From the NCBI GenBank assembly GCA_964016885.1, contig OZ024760.1, positions 24,118,001 to 24,182,000 of the forward strand: DNA of 64,000 nucleotides, written 5' to 3'. The notes under the pieces were generated by a model, which was given only the letters and a program-made list of their open reading frames with translations, made no database searches and was not told where the DNA came from. Source of the stretch: Eledone cirrhosa. Lineage: Eukaryota. A program made the position numbers and the translations under genes. Shown here piece after piece: positions 12,681 through 26,896 of this stretch (within the stretch, counting starts at the first letter, position 1; each line of letters starts with the position of its first letter).

Positions 12681-13361
12681 ATTCACTATATGTGTATGTA
12701 CGTAGATATGGTGGGAGGGAACGCGTGAGATATTTGTAGTAGGAGGAGTAAGAGAGAGAGAAAAACAAAAATTTTAAAAGAAAAAGAGTAGAGAGAGAGT
12801 GAGAGTAATACATAGAGCATGAGTAGTAGTAAGAGGATAACACAGTGTGAAAGATACGAAGAGAGAGGGGGAGAGAGACAGAGGACATAGAGTGAGAGAG
12901 AGAAAAAGAAAGATAAAATGAGAGAGAGGGAGTGTTATATCACTACGTCATACATATATGTTGATTACTCTGTCACTCTCTCATTCTCTCTCTCTCCCCC
13001 TCACTATTATTTATTATCTTTTCTTTGTTCTCTTTCTCTTATCTTTGTTTCTCCATCTTTCTTTTTACGCACCATTACCCCCTTTCTAGTGTTTTTCTTA
13101 CTCTTTCTACCTCTCTTGTCTTCTTACATTCCCCACTCTCTATAATATTTATAACCTCTTACCTTTCCTCCTTCTGGTTCATGTTTTATCACTCATCCTA
13201 CACCTCTCTTTAATCTTTTTACCTTTTCATCCCTCCCCTTCTTACTTTTAATCTTTTATCTTTTTGTCCTCACCCTCTTTCTATGTGTCATTCTTTTCCT
13301 CCCTCTTTCCCTCCTTCTCCGACGTTAAAATAAATTGGTAGTCAACTACATAAACGCATAC

Positions 13362-13394
<33 letters not shown>

Positions 13395-13520
13395 CACACA
13401 TACACACATATATATATTGATACTAATACACCACATACACACACCTATATCTATTTTTCTCTCTCTCACTAACCCTTTCTCTTTCCTTCTCTCTGTATAT
13501 ACACACACGCACACACACAA

Positions 13521-13585
<65 letters not shown>

Positions 13586-13911
13586 TTCATATACATTATA
13601 TATATATACATTTATAAAGCAGCGATATTTATACACACACCACATACACATACATATACATAGAGAGAGAGACATAAATATATACGTAGTAAGAGAGAGT
13701 GAGAAAGAGGTATGTATACAGAGAGAGATAGTGAGTGAGAAAGAGGCATATACATGTAAATAATTAGAGGGATAGTAAGAAAGAGGTATATACTTATAGA
13801 TATACAGAGAGAAAGAGGTGTATACATATAAATATATAGAGAGAAAGAGGTGTATACATATAAATATATAAAGAGAAAGAGGTGTATACATATAAATATA
13901 TAAAGAGAAAG

Positions 13912-13979
<68 letters not shown>

Positions 13980-14059
13980 AGAAAGAGCTATATATATAAT
14001 ATATAGAGAGAAAGAGCTATATATACGTATAGAGAGAGTGGGAGGTATCTATAATTGGG

Positions 14060-14135
14060 TTTTACATCACCCCCTCACTTCGTCAGTGCGACTGCGTCAG
14101 TATTAAGTAGCATTTTAAAAGAGCTTAGTGGTTAA
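14060..14135 (+). promoter_or_regulatory. Putative antizyme promoter
   Basis: Two CGTCA (CRE half-site) motifs, TATTAAG ~25 bp before an Inr-like TTAGT, in an island of unique sequence upstream of the candidate ATG. Confidence 0.45.
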
Positions 14136-14244
14136 ACAAGCCAGTAGGTCGTGCATAGCCCTGCTCCCAAGCTTAGTAATGTTGTGTGCCTCCAAGGCTA
14201 TAATTATTGACGAAAACTTTGGTCCACAAGTTAAAGAAGAAGCC

Positions 14245-14270
14245 ATGCCTTCGTTACAGCGTAGTGATAC
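14245..14270 (+). CDS. OAZ: Ornithine decarboxylase antizyme, probable coding exon 1 (MPSLQRSD+AC)
   Basis: gaagccATG context; AC|GTAGGT donor gives phase 2, exactly as exon 2 requires, yielding ORF1 MPSLQRSDTWETERYCISLGIGPRWCS* (27 aa). Confidence 0.65.
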
Positions 14271-14402
14271 GTAGGTATTTTTAATAATTTTTGTCGTCAG
14301 TTGACTTTGTCTTGTCTTGTCTTGTATCTACTTGACTCTTCCCTCATTTTTTTTTTTTTTTTCATTATATATTTATACATATAGTGATTTATAATATGTA
14401 TG

Positions 14403-14439
<37 letters not shown>

Positions 14440-14987
14440 CCCTCGAGACATTAGATCAGGGTCCATACACATACATATATGTATATATCTGTATTTATTT
14501 CTCTTTTATATTCAATTATATTATACGGCTCGGAAAAAAATCTCTTTCCTTGAGCTATTTAATTGTAAGAGACTATTTTGAGTTTCTAACTCAATATATA
14601 TCTTTGATATATACATACATATATTTATTTATATGTAAGCATATATATATATAAGGGGGTTTTCTAATATATAAATTGCTCTAAAACATTAGATTGGGGT
14701 CCACATACATATATTTTTATATAAGTATAGCTATATAGATTTATATATAAATATAGTTATATAGATATGTAAGGGGGTTTCTAATATATATAAATTACCC
14801 TCAAAACAGACTGGGGTCCACATATATAGATATATATTTTTATATATAAGTATAGCGATATTTAAATATATATATATATGTATATATTGTAGATAATAAA
14901 TATTTGTTTCTACCTTTGGCACAAGGCCAGCAATTGTAGATAATAAATATTACCCAGTTACAAGTATGAAAATAGCTGTGTGTGTAT

Positions 14988-15172
14988 ATACAATGTCCCA
15001 TAAAAATGTATACACTGAGTATGCGCATTCTAATAAATATTGCTTGTACAGGTAATCAAAGTACGTGTATATTTTGGGGGGACATCCTGTATATATTATA
15101 CAATATTCCAAAAAATGTATACATATTATGATTCCGTTGATGTGTGTATATATTTTTGGGGGACACCCTGTA
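14988..15172. mobile_element. Two short Tc1/mariner-like MITEs
   Basis: TA-CAGGGTGTCCC-type terminal inverted repeats; other copies at ~17950, 27460, 46242, 51490. Confidence 0.6.
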
Positions 15173-15624
15173 TATATGTATATATATATATATATATACA
15201 CACACACATTTCTAATTAGATATATATAAACTGCCCTCAAAATCTAGACGGGCTGTGTGTGTGTATATATATATATATAAATATTTGAACCTCATACTGT
15301 CTTTAGTCGTTTCTGTTTGGCGTTTGTTAAGTCAAACGACGCGAATCTAGGCAACGCTTGAAATATATAACAGTCACACATTGTAGTGTATGTATTGAGT
15401 CCTTTCCTTCTGCCCCTCCCCTTCATTTGTAAATGTAATCAGTGTCTTTGTTTAGCCCTAGGTCACTATTGGTCAAAAACAAAACTACAAAGAAAGGAAT
15501 TTTAGTTTTAGCCCGTTACCATCCCAGCTTTTATTTAAATATTAGCTTAAATACTAAAAAACTAGATAACTACATAATAGTTATCTTTTTTGTTGTACGG
15601 TCTCATTCATAGATGACACATTTA

Positions 15625-16140
15625 CCTGCTATTTCTAGCAGAAATATAGACCATTGCCTGCTATTACTAGCAATAATATGGCCCACCATATTACTGTATA
15701 TGAGATGAGGAATTTTTGCCTGCTATTTCTAGCAATAATGGACCACCGCGTATAAATTTACTATATGAAAGATGAATGACTTTTTTTGCCTATTTCTAGC
15801 AGAAATGTGGACGATTGCCTGCTATTTCTAGCAGAAATGTGGACGATTGCCTGCTATTTCTAGCAGAAATGTGGACGATTGCCTGCTATTTCTAGCAATA
15901 ATATGGATCACCACGTAGCATTTTGCAGTGAGATACAAGTGATATTTGCCTGCTATTTCTAGCAATAATATGGACCACTACGTAGCATTTTGACAGTGAG
16001 ATGCAAGTGATATTTGCTTGCTATTTCTAGCAATATGGACCATTGCCTGCTATTTCTTGCAATAATATGGACCACCACGTAGCACTTTACAGTGAGATAC
16101 AAGTGATATTTGCCTGCTATTTCTAGCAGGAATGTGGACC
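15625..16140 (+). repeat. Irregular minisatellite with core cctgctatttctagca
   Basis: About a dozen cores with variable 30-65 bp spacing. Confidence 0.85.
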
Positions 16141-16470
16141 ACATAGCCAACCCTCGCCACCATTACCACCTAGTGTCAATGACTGCTTACGTTCACGCCA
16201 TTCAAATACCAATCCTTCCACACTCCTTACATTATATTGTATCTATTTGTTAACATTTTTTTAATTAATAAACCATTTAATTATCTAACGATCACTTCTT
16301 CCGTGTAATAACTTCTTTCTCTCTGCCATCGTAAATTAGTCATTGAAATATTTTATATACTATAGGCACCAACCTACACATAATCTTGGGATTAACGTGT
16401 GTGTGTGTGTATATATTCACATACGTGCGTGTAGAATAATAAAATGCCCATAAATATGTAGAAGGAACAA

Positions 16471-16511
<41 letters not shown>

Positions 16512-16600
16512 CGTGTGTATATATTCACATACGTGTGTAGAATAGTTTGTAAATAATAAAATATTTAGAAGAAACAAAACTATTATATATAATATATACA

Positions 16601-16900
16601 ATGATATTAAATAAATGGAAACTATATTTATAAAACCATATTTATACTATTATATATATTTCAAGGGTACCAAAAACTTTGGTACGCTTTCATCAGATAA
16701 AATACAAAGTGTGTTTTATAAATTTTGACATAGCCAACGGTTGAAGATTTCTTTGGATAAGTCAAATTGGATATGTCAAATTTATAAAACACACTTTGTA
16801 TTTTATCTGATGAAAGCGTACCAAAATTGTTGGTACCCTTGAAATATATATAATAGAATAAATATGGTTTTATGAATATAGTTTCCATTTATTTAATATC
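16601..16900. ncRNA. Fold-back inverted repeat (~135-bp arms) with a hammerhead in each arm (16800-16859 +, 16645-16703 -)
   Basis: attttat-CTGATGA-aagcgtaccaa.ttggtaccctt-GAAA-tatata-TA-atagaat; palindromic minimal stem III. Confidence 0.8.
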
Positions 16901-17262
16901 ACTGAATATTATACTCCAGAAAGCTTGTCGAGTGCTCTAAATCAGTTATAAACATTTATATTTGTTGAATATCCCTTCTGCTTATATATATAATATATAT
17001 AAAACGTGTTTGTGTGTCTCTAGGGAGATACTAGAAGAATCGTGTATGTATGTATGTATATATATATATACACATATATACACACACACATGCGGTCGCA
17101 TGTATGAGCGTGTGTACATGAAAATTGTGTACGATGCTCAGGTGCACTATATATTGTGTGTGTGTATATATTCGTATGTCTTTATCTAGGTTGCTCGGTA
17201 ATAAACTGCTCTAAAAGGAAACTTCATTCATACCCATCTATGATGGCGTATGTATATATATA

Positions 17263-17314
<52 letters not shown>

Positions 17315-18127
17315 CATTACATTACTTGTTTGTCTAATTTAGATAAGTTTATAATAAAACTCCGATCTAAACTAGACACTCGTTCACGTGTATGCGTGCG
17401 CGTGTGTATATATATATATATATGTGTGTGTATGTTTATGTGGGTGTTTGTGTATATGTGTACATTTCATATCGTAAAACAAGGACATGAATAAGATTAA
17501 ATAACTTCACTTTATTATTTTCATTGTTAAATTAATATTTAATATATATAAATATATATATATAACGAAGGAAATGTGGTAAGGAACCAAGTGGACCATA
17601 ACGCACCAAAGTACTCAATACTTAGGGTAGTAGAGTGGGTAATAGGAACGAGTAGGACCCCGACGTCTGAGCTCAAGCCGTTTCGACGGCTAATTCTGGA
17701 CGCACACGCACACAATTGCTGCGCCTATATATTTGTGTATGTATAGCTATATATATATATATTGTAGGTAGGTGTTACACATCCCTATTAAGTTGTACCA
17801 TGTGATACGAAATACGAAACACTCCCTCCCTTCTACTAATCGATACATTACTTTGTACTAAAATATCAGATTTGTTTTATCAACGGTATGTATATATATA
17901 TATATTTGTATATATACATAGTGTGTCTGCACATATATATACACGTGTCTACGGGCTGTCCCCCCCAAAATATATATACCTCAACATCATCCTAATAAAT
18001 GTGTATACATTTTTGGGACATCATGTATGTATGTGTATATATATATATATATATACACACACATACATGATGTCCCAAAAATGTATACACATTTACATGA
18101 TATATATATACATATATGTATATATAT

Positions 18128-18290
18128 AAATGGCTTTTACAGTACTAGAGCTGTTTCATTGAAAAGAAATCATCAGGAAATGGTTTCCTTTGAATGAAAC
18201 AGTTCTAGTCTTGTAAAAGAAAGCCATTATAATAATATATTGAGTACCTTACTTACTGTTATCTCCGATAGAACCCGCAACGCACACATT
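18128..18290. ncRNA. Fold-back remnant of the 7043 family with a minus-strand hammerhead core
   Basis: Minus CTGATGA-tttcttttcaat-GAAA-cagctctagtact-GTA; shared tail tattgagtaccttacttactg. Confidence 0.6.
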
Positions 18291-18333
18291 TCTATATATA
18301 AAATTATAGTTTCTGTTTGTTTGTTCATGAGCT

Positions 18334-18368
<35 letters not shown>

Positions 18369-18771
18369 GAGGAAACCACTGCTAGTTTTGGAATATAATA
18401 TATATTCCAAAACTACATTGCCCAGGGTACTTGGATAAGAGGTACAAATCCTCGTTGAAAATTTTTTTCCATACATTTATATGAAATTTCAATATTAAGA
18501 CACCCTAATGGGGGGGGGGGGGGTTAAACCCCCTGTAGTGAACATTTTGGAAGCCCATATCTTGAGTCTTGGAACCTATTACCACAGGGTTTTTCTATTA
18601 ATTAAACGTAAATCAACAAAAAAAAAAAGCACCTTTTATAGTAAAAATTGGCTAATTTAGACATTTTTATTCTCGGGCAAAAACATCACTAGAATTGACA
18701 ACAAAAATTATTAGTTAATGGCTCTACTTATTTATGCGTGACACGCAGCAAGGCGCGGGTAATTCGGGTAG

Positions 18772-18802
<31 letters not shown>

Positions 18803-19332
18803 GTGGGTGTTTGTATTGAATGATTAAGGCTCTTATGTAAATTCTATCGCCTTGGTAGATATATGGCGCCATAACTATGGAATGGCACAATCGGTAGAGC
18901 GTCTAACAAAATGCTTTTTACGTTCTCAGTTCAAATTCCGCCTAGATTAGCTTTGTCTTTTATCCTTACAGGGTCGATAGAAAAAGTACCAGTAACGCAC
19001 CATTCAAATTGCTGGCTTTGTGCCAAAATTAGAAATTATATATATATATATATATATATAATTTAATAAAAAAACTATGATCAACACTTTTTTTTTTTTT
19101 TTTTTGAAAATTGACAATCATTTTTTTAGCCAGATAGAAATACCTTAATTTAAGTACATACAGTCTCCCTGTATCGATCTAGAAAATATCAAATATTAAA
19201 TCTACACTTACAGACGTAAAATGGCAAAAGAATCTTCCTAAACAAATTCAGAAACGAAATATATATATATATATAATGTAATAAACAACATAAGATGATT
19301 TCATTTCACATTCAATAAAAACACCAGGATTT

Positions 19333-19392
19333 TTTCATTCTGACGACTGAAAGCAGATTTATTTGCTTTCAAGAAACCACTGGTAAATGAAA
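19333..19392 (+). ncRNA. Type I hammerhead ribozyme motif
   Basis: tttcatt-CTGACGA-ctgaaagca..tgctttcaa-GAAA-ccactg-GTA-aatgaaa; inverted partial tail at 19275-19305. Confidence 0.8.
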
Positions 19393-19479
19393 TAATCATC
19401 TTATGTTGTTTATTACATAAATAAGCTCTGTAACCTGCATAGAGCACTTTTTCCTGGACCTTTCCGACGGAATTTCTTC

Positions 19480-19524
<45 letters not shown>

Positions 19525-19542
19525 TATGTCTATATATGTGTG

Positions 19543-19574
<32 letters not shown>

Positions 19575-19711
19575 TACATATATTGTCGGACACTAAACTG
19601 AATGTAACTGTTACCAACACGAACAGATATGTTTTAAGTATTTCCGAAGAAAAAGCAAAGGAAAAAAAGTGCTCTATGTATAATATACAGAGCCATTTAA
19701 TAGCATAAATA

Positions 19712-19779
19712 TTTCATCTGATGAGCGAACTAGGCGTATGTTGATATTCTCTAGGGACCCGAAACCTTTGGTAATGGAG
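19712..19779 (+). ncRNA. Type I hammerhead ribozyme motif (imperfect stem II)
   Basis: tttcat-CTGATGA-gcgaactag...ctagggaccc-GAAA-cctttg-GTA-atggag. Confidence 0.65.
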
Positions 19780-19821
19780 TAGTTATATTGTTTACTTTCT
19801 AATTATACATATATGTATGTG

Positions 19822-19870
<49 letters not shown>

Positions 19871-20249
19871 GGATCTAGCTGTCGAAACGACCGGAGCTCA
19901 GCCGTAGGGGTCCTGATTCATTTCCTATATATATAATTATCTAATTATTTTTATAAAGAGTTTTTTTAATTTTTTTTATTATGGATATATTTTCTAGCTA
20001 GTAGAAAATAAGTGAAATATAACGTAATGTGTAGAAATAAAACTACTCACACACTCACACTCACACACACACACACACATACACACGCACACTCTCTGAA
20101 TCAAATACGCCCCTTTTATCTGGCAAACAAGGTGCCCCAATTAATTCACATCGTTGTGTGTGTGTATTTATGTAACTTTTTAATGGAACTCGTTATCTTA
20201 TCACGAATAAGTCAGGGAGCAGACCTTGTGTGTGTGAGGGGGGGGGGGG

Positions 20250-20860
20250 AGTCGGAGGTAATTTGACCTGCTAGGGGAAAGCAGTCGAATGCCACGAACG
20301 AGGGAAGTAGTGAAGCCTGTATGGTTGTAATTTGACCTGCTAGAGATAGCAGTGAAATGCCAGCAACGAACGAGGGAAGGAGTGAAGCCCATGTGGTGGT
20401 GGTGGTGGTGGTGGTGGTAATTTGCCCTGCTAGAGATAGCAGTGAAATGCCAGGAACGAAGGAGTGAAGCCCATGTGGTGGTGGTAATTTGACCTGCTAG
20501 AGATAGCAGTGAAATGCCAGCAACGAACGAGGGAAGGAGTGAAGCCCATTTGGTGGTGGTGGTGGTAATTTGCCCTGCTAGAGATAGCAGTGAAATGCCA
20601 GGAACGAAGGAGTGAAGCCCATGTGGTGGTGGTAATTTGACCTGCTAGAGGTAGCAGTGAAATGCCAGGAACGAAGGAGTGAAGCCTGTGGTGGTGGTAA
20701 TTTGACCTGCTAGAGATAGTCAAATGCCACGAACGAGAGAAGGAGCGAAGCCTGTATGGCATTTATTTGACCTGCTAGAAATGGCAGTCAGATGCCACGC
20801 ACGAACGATTGAAAGAGCTGACTGTGTTGTATTATTTCAACCTGCTAGAGATGGCAGCCA
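20250..20860 (-). repeat. ~57-65 bp minisatellite with core ctgctatctctagcag
   Basis: ggtaatttgacctgctagagatagcagtgaaatgcc repeated about 10 times. Confidence 0.85.
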
Positions 20861-21618
20861 AATCTTCCTCTCTGTCTCTAATATCCTTCTATACTTTTTC
20901 ATGAATATCAATTTCGGGACCAGTGTTTGACAATTATCACTGCCCCCTTCGAAGTAAGGTGTGTTTTCAATTAGAACCCTTTTGCGCAATTCGTTTTGGT
21001 TCTATCTGCTCTCTAAGTTCAAATCCCACTGGGATCAACTTAACCTTTCATCCTTTCAAGGTGATTAAAAAAGGGGGGGGAAAAAAAGTACCAGTCCTGT
21101 ACTGGGAGTTCATTCTTCCTCTGTCCTTCTTTCGGAAGAAATTCCTTGTGTTCAGATCTGAATAGGGGCTGATGTAGGTGTTGGATTCTGCCAAGGTTTA
21201 AAATGCTCAAGCCCTGCTGTTGTAATGTTGCAGCGACGGCGGCGTTCCTTACAATTCTAATCACGAGTTATGGGTCCATGACACAGTGAGCGCGTGTGTT
21301 TGTGTGTGTGCGTGTGTGTTTGTGTGCATGTGTGTGTGTTTAAGATGTACCTGGCTACGTAAAGTCTGCTGTAATTTAACTCGAGAGAGGAAATACAGTC
21401 ATAGTCCCTCGTTCCTCATCTCTCACAGAATTGAAATTAATTAGGATTATAGTCATTAATTAGCTAATTTTCTTCATACATCTGAAGGTGGGCGGTAAAA
21501 CTCTGACCTTTTAACTTCCTACTTAGGAAAATATTTAAATGCTTCCTCACCCCCCACCCTCGTACTGTGTGTGAATGTATTTGTATGTGTGTGTGTGTAT
21601 GTATATATAATCAGTTAA

Positions 21619-21658
<40 letters not shown>

Positions 21659-21767
21659 CATATTTATTTCATTATAAACAATATTTGTTTATAAAACTGA
21701 TCTATATTTTATCTGATGAAAGCGCACTATAATTTGCTTTGGTGTCCTTGAAATATGTATATATATA

Positions 21768-21975
21768 TAACGAAGGAAATGTGGTAAGGAACAAGGTGGA
21801 CCATAACGCACCAAAGTACTCAATACTTAGGGTAGTAGAGTGGGTAATAGGAACGAGTAGGACCCCGGCGGCTGAGCTCAAGCCGTTTCGACGGCTAATT
21901 AAGTTTAAGTTTTATTATTATCGTCCAGAATTAGCCGTCGAAACGACTTGAGCTCAGCCGTCGGGGTCCTACTCG

Positions 21976-21978
<3 letters not shown>
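21768..21978. mobile_element. Fold-back element of the gagctcaagccgtttcgac family
   Basis: Arms 21850-21900/21928-21978; copies at 17565, 19870, 23798, 24435, 26380, 28047, 52727, 57920, nearly all flanked by (TA)n. Confidence 0.75.
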
Positions 21979-22009
<31 letters not shown>

Positions 22010-22109
22010 GGAAGGAAGGGTTGTCTTAATTTGATTGAAATATATCCTTAGACTAAGTAAAATAAATAAAAAAACATTATTAAAAAAATAGAAAAGAAAG
22101 CCGTACCAA

Positions 22110-23260
22110 CATGCTGCTATTTCTAGCGATTAAGACCAGGTAGTGGTTCACATGCTACTATTTCTAGCGATTAGGAAGACCAGGTAGTGGTCGACATGCT
22201 AACACATGCTGCTATTTCTAGCGATTAGGAAGACCAGGTAGTGGTCGACATGCTAACACATGCTGCTATTTCTAGCCATTAGGAAGATCAGGTAGTGGTC
22301 GACATGCTAACATGCTGCTATTTCTAGCGATTAGGAAGACCAGGTAGTGGTCGACATGCTAACACATGCTGCTATTTCTAGCGATTAGGAAGACCAGGTA
22401 GTGGTCGACATGCTAACACATGCTGCTATTTCTAGCGATTAGGAAGACCAGGTAGTGGTCGACATGCTAACACATGCTGCTATTTCTAGCGATTAGGAAG
22501 ACCAGGTAGTGGTCGACATGCTAACATGCTGCTATTTCTAGCGATTAGGAAGACCAGGTAGTGGTCGACATGCTAACATGCTGCTATTTCTAGCCATTAG
22601 GAAGATCAGGTAGTGGTCGACATGCTAACATGCTGCTATTTCTAGCGATTAGGAAGACCAGGTAGTGGTCGACATGCTAACACATGCTGCTATTTCTAGC
22701 GATTAGGAAGACCAGGTAGTGGTCGACATGCTAACATGCTGCTATTTCTAGCGATTAGGAAGACCAGGTAGTGGTCGACATGCTAACATGCTGCTATTTC
22801 TAGCCATTAGGAAGATCAGGTAGTGGTCGACATGCTAACATGCTGCTATTTCTAGCGATTAGGAAGACCAGGTAGTGGTCGACATGCTAACACATGCTGC
22901 TATTTCTAGCGATTAGGAAGACCAGGTAGTGGTCGACATGCTAACACATGCTGCTATTTCTAGCGATTAGGAAGACCAGGTAGTGGTCGACATGCTAACA
23001 CATGCTGCTATTTCTAGCGATTAGGAAGACCAGGTAGTGGTCGACATGCTAACATGCTGCTATTTCTAGCGATTAGGAAGACCAGGTAGTGGTCGACATG
23101 CTAACATGCTGCTATTTCTTGCGATTAGGAAGACCAGGTAGTGGTCGACATGCTAACACATGCTGCTATTTCTAGCGATTAGGAAGACCAGGTAGTGGTC
23201 GACATGCTAACACGTGCTGCTATTTCTAGCGATTAGGAAGACCAGGTAGTGGTTCACATG
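22110..23260 (+). repeat. 52/54-bp minisatellite, about 21 copies
   Basis: tgctgctatttctagcgattaggaagaccaggtagtggtcgacatgctaaca(ca). Confidence 0.95.
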
Positions 23261-23742
23261 GCCAGCATAACACGTGATGTGTGTGTGTGTATTGAAACTT
23301 GTGACTCCAATGTTTATATGCATTGACCTTGTTTCTTTCACGGTAAACAAGTATTAAGAATTAATTTTTTTTATTTATTTTGCTGTCAGCAGCAGTTTTT
23401 TAAAAGTTTTATTATTAAACTGATTTATGGTCTGAGTTCAAATCCCGTCGAGGTTAACTTTATTTTCATCCTTACGGGGTCGATAAAATAAAGTACCAGC
23501 AATGTACTGGGTTATTGCTGGCCTTGTGCCTAAAGTAGAAACAATTATTATTAAACTAATTTTATTAATTTTGTGGTTTAAAAAAAAAAAATGGTTGGCT
23601 TTGCTTTTCTTTGCCACTTTTCTGTTTTGTATTTAACAAAGTTATTTCCCTCTCTCCATTTTAACTTTTAAATTAAATAGTAGAAAATTGAACAATTTTA
23701 ATATTAAAAACTGCCTAAATCTTTATGGCAAATATCTGTATG

Positions 23743-23800
<58 letters not shown>

Positions 23801-24684
23801 AAAAAAGTATGACCCCCCCCCCACGGCAGAGCTCAAGCCGTTTCGACAGCTATATAGCCGTCAAAACGGCTTGAGCTCTGCCGTCGGGGTCATACTTTTT
23901 CCTATTACCCACTCTACTACCCTAAGTATTGAATTACTCTGGTGCGTTATGGTCCATCTGGTTCCTTACCACAATTCCTTTGTTATTTATATATATAGAT
24001 ATGTATCTATCTATATATATCACGATAAATTAACGGAGTCATAGACTCGTTATTCCCTGTCAATAATGTGCTCAAAGGAAAAGGGATCCCGAGCTCTTTA
24101 AAATACAATATGTTGAAAAGGTAACACTAAAGAGATAGTGTTATCAATAAAACATGGAAAACCTCCAGTGTATGGAATCTATTATTGATGGCACACACTC
24201 TCTCTCTTCTCTCTCTCTCTCTCGCTCGCTCGTTACCTTTTCAATATATATATACGATATTAATAAATGGAAGCTATATTTATAAAACCATATGTATAAT
24301 GAAATAAATATGGTTTTATAAATATAGTTTCCATTTATTAATATCGTATTTTTACTCCAAATTTTTATCAGTTATAAAAATATTTGCTTGTTGTATCCCA
24401 ACAATTTAAATAGAACTTTATATATATATATAATGAGGGAAGTGTGGTAAGGAACCAGGTGGGCCCATAACGCACCAGAGTACTCGATACTTAGGGTAGT
24501 AGAGTGGGTAATAGGAAAAGAGTCAGGACCCCTGACGGCTGAGGTCCGACCAGAGCTCAGTCGCCGGTCACCTGACTCGATTCCTATATGTATATATTGA
24601 GTTAAACATTCACAAAAGCGTCCTATAATTAAAATAGCTCAAGGAGAAACATTTTTCGGAGCCATATAATACTGTAAGAGACGA

Positions 24685-24723
24685 ACACACACACACACAC
24701 ACTCTAACACACACACACACTCT

Positions 24724-24757
<34 letters not shown>

Positions 24758-25640
24758 AGCACACACACACACTCACACACTCTAACACACACACACACAC
24801 ACACACACACTCTAACACACACTCACACTCACACTCACACTCTAACACACACACACACACTCACACTCTAACACACACACACTCACACTCTAACACACAC
24901 ACACTCACACTCTAACACACACACACTCACACTCTAACACACACACACTCACACTCTAACACACACACACTCACACTCACACTCTAACACACACACACGC
25001 ACTCTAACACGCACGCACTCTAACACGCACGCACTCTAACACGCACGCACTCTAACACGCACGCACTCTAACACGCACCCACTCTAACACGCACCCACTC
25101 TAACACGCACCCACTCTAACACGCACCCACTCTAACACGCACCCACTCTAACACGCACCCACTCTAACACGCACCCACTCTAACACGCACCCACTCTAAC
25201 ACGCACCCACTCTAACACGCACCCACTCTAACACGCACCCACTCTAACACGCACCCACTCTAACACGCACCCACTCTAACACGCACCCACTCTAACACGC
25301 ACCCACTCTAACACGCACCCACTCTAACACGCACCCACTCTAACACGCACCCACTCTAACACGCACACACTCTAACACGCACCCACTCTAACACGCACAC
25401 ACTCTAACACGCACACACTCTAACACGCACACACTCTAACACGCACACACTCTAACACGCACACACTCTAACACGCACACACTCTAACACGCACACACTC
25501 TAACACGCACACACTCTAACACGCACACACTCTAACACGCACACACTCTAACACGCACACACTCTAACACGCACACACTCTAACACGCACACACTCTAAC
25601 ACGCACACACACACTCACACACACACACACACACACACAC
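24685..25640. repeat. (CA)n-derived 16-bp minisatellite
   Basis: actctaacacgcac(g/c/a)c blocks bounded by (CA)n. Confidence 0.95.
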
Positions 25641-25686
25641 ATTAATTCAAAATATTAACAAAATAGATATTCTTGTGATCAATTAT

Positions 25687-25751
25687 ATTTTATTATACAT
25701 ATTTCAGAGGTACTGAGTTAAGTTCAACAGTACGTCCTCATCAGATAAAAT
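25687..25751 (-). ncRNA. Type I hammerhead ribozyme motif
   Basis: Minus attttat-CTGATGA-ggacgtactg...cagtacctct-GAAA-tatgta-TA-ataaaat. Confidence 0.75.
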
Positions 25752-25862
25752 AAAATGATACACGACATACCCTGACATGGTAGATGGTTAAGATTCAATC
25801 ATTCTTTGAAGTATTCATTTAACCTTGTTTAACTCTTAAATATGTGTATATATATGTATATA

Positions 25863-25897
<35 letters not shown>

Positions 25898-25996
25898 GTG
25901 CGTGTGTTCAAATCACAAGGTCTCTGTCCCTTGTGATTTGAACACGTATAGATATATGTATTCGTCTCTCCTTACAGTGTGTGTGTGTGTGTCATC

Positions 25997-26049
<53 letters not shown>

Positions 26050-26052
<3 letters not shown>

Positions 26053-26240
26053 CAGAAAGTGAACACAAAATATAACTACGCCATTACCAAAAGTTTCTGG
26101 GTCCCAGACAATAATAATATACGTCTGGATCGGTCATCAGACAGATGTTATGATGACCGATCCAGGCGTATATTGATATTGTCTGGGACCCAGAAACCTT
26201 TGGTAATGGCGTAGTTATATTTTGTGTTCACTTTCTAATT
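26050..26240. ncRNA. Fold-back palindrome (~90-bp arms) with hammerhead cores on both strands
   Basis: Minus CTGATGA (26134-26140)...GAAA-cttttg-GTA-atggcg; plus ATGATGA...GAAA-cctttg-GTA; same family as 19712 and 29473. Confidence 0.7.
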
Positions 26241-26332
26241 AAATACCTCTGTTTTATACATAGAGCACTCTTTTTTCTTTTGCTGTTCTTTCGGAATTAC
26301 CTTACACACACACACACATATACATATATATA

Positions 26333-26371
<39 letters not shown>

Positions 26372-26715
26372 GAAGAGATTAAGGACCCCGACGGCTGAGC
26401 TCCGGCGTTTCGACAGCTAGATCCGGATCTAGCTGTCGAAACGGCCGGAGCTCAGCCGCCGGTGTCCTGAGTTTTTTCATATTACCCACTCTACTACACC
26501 AAGTATCGAGTACTCTGGTGGGATATGGTCTCGCTGGATTTTACCACACCACACCATATCTGGTGTGTGTGCGTGTGTGTGTGTGTTCATAGGGGATTTA
26601 AAACCGTCAGTGTGAGGAACATCTCTCTCTTTATGCTGATTTATAAAGATCCCGAAATCTGTCCTTGTGGTCATTAAATCAGGGGATGATTGTGGATCTT
26701 AAGCTCCACTTTTTG

Positions 26716-26784
<69 letters not shown>

Positions 26785-26896
26785 CAATTATTCTTAAAAG
26801 CAAAAGGTTTTGCTTTCAATCCTCAGAATGAGGATTGAAATAATCCAAATTCAATAAACTGAAATAATCCAAATTCAATAAACAAACCAGGATTTT

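Noticed and set aside
22110-23260. CRISPR-like regular array
   Set aside because: Units are wholly repeated with no unique spacers, no cas genes, eukaryotic context
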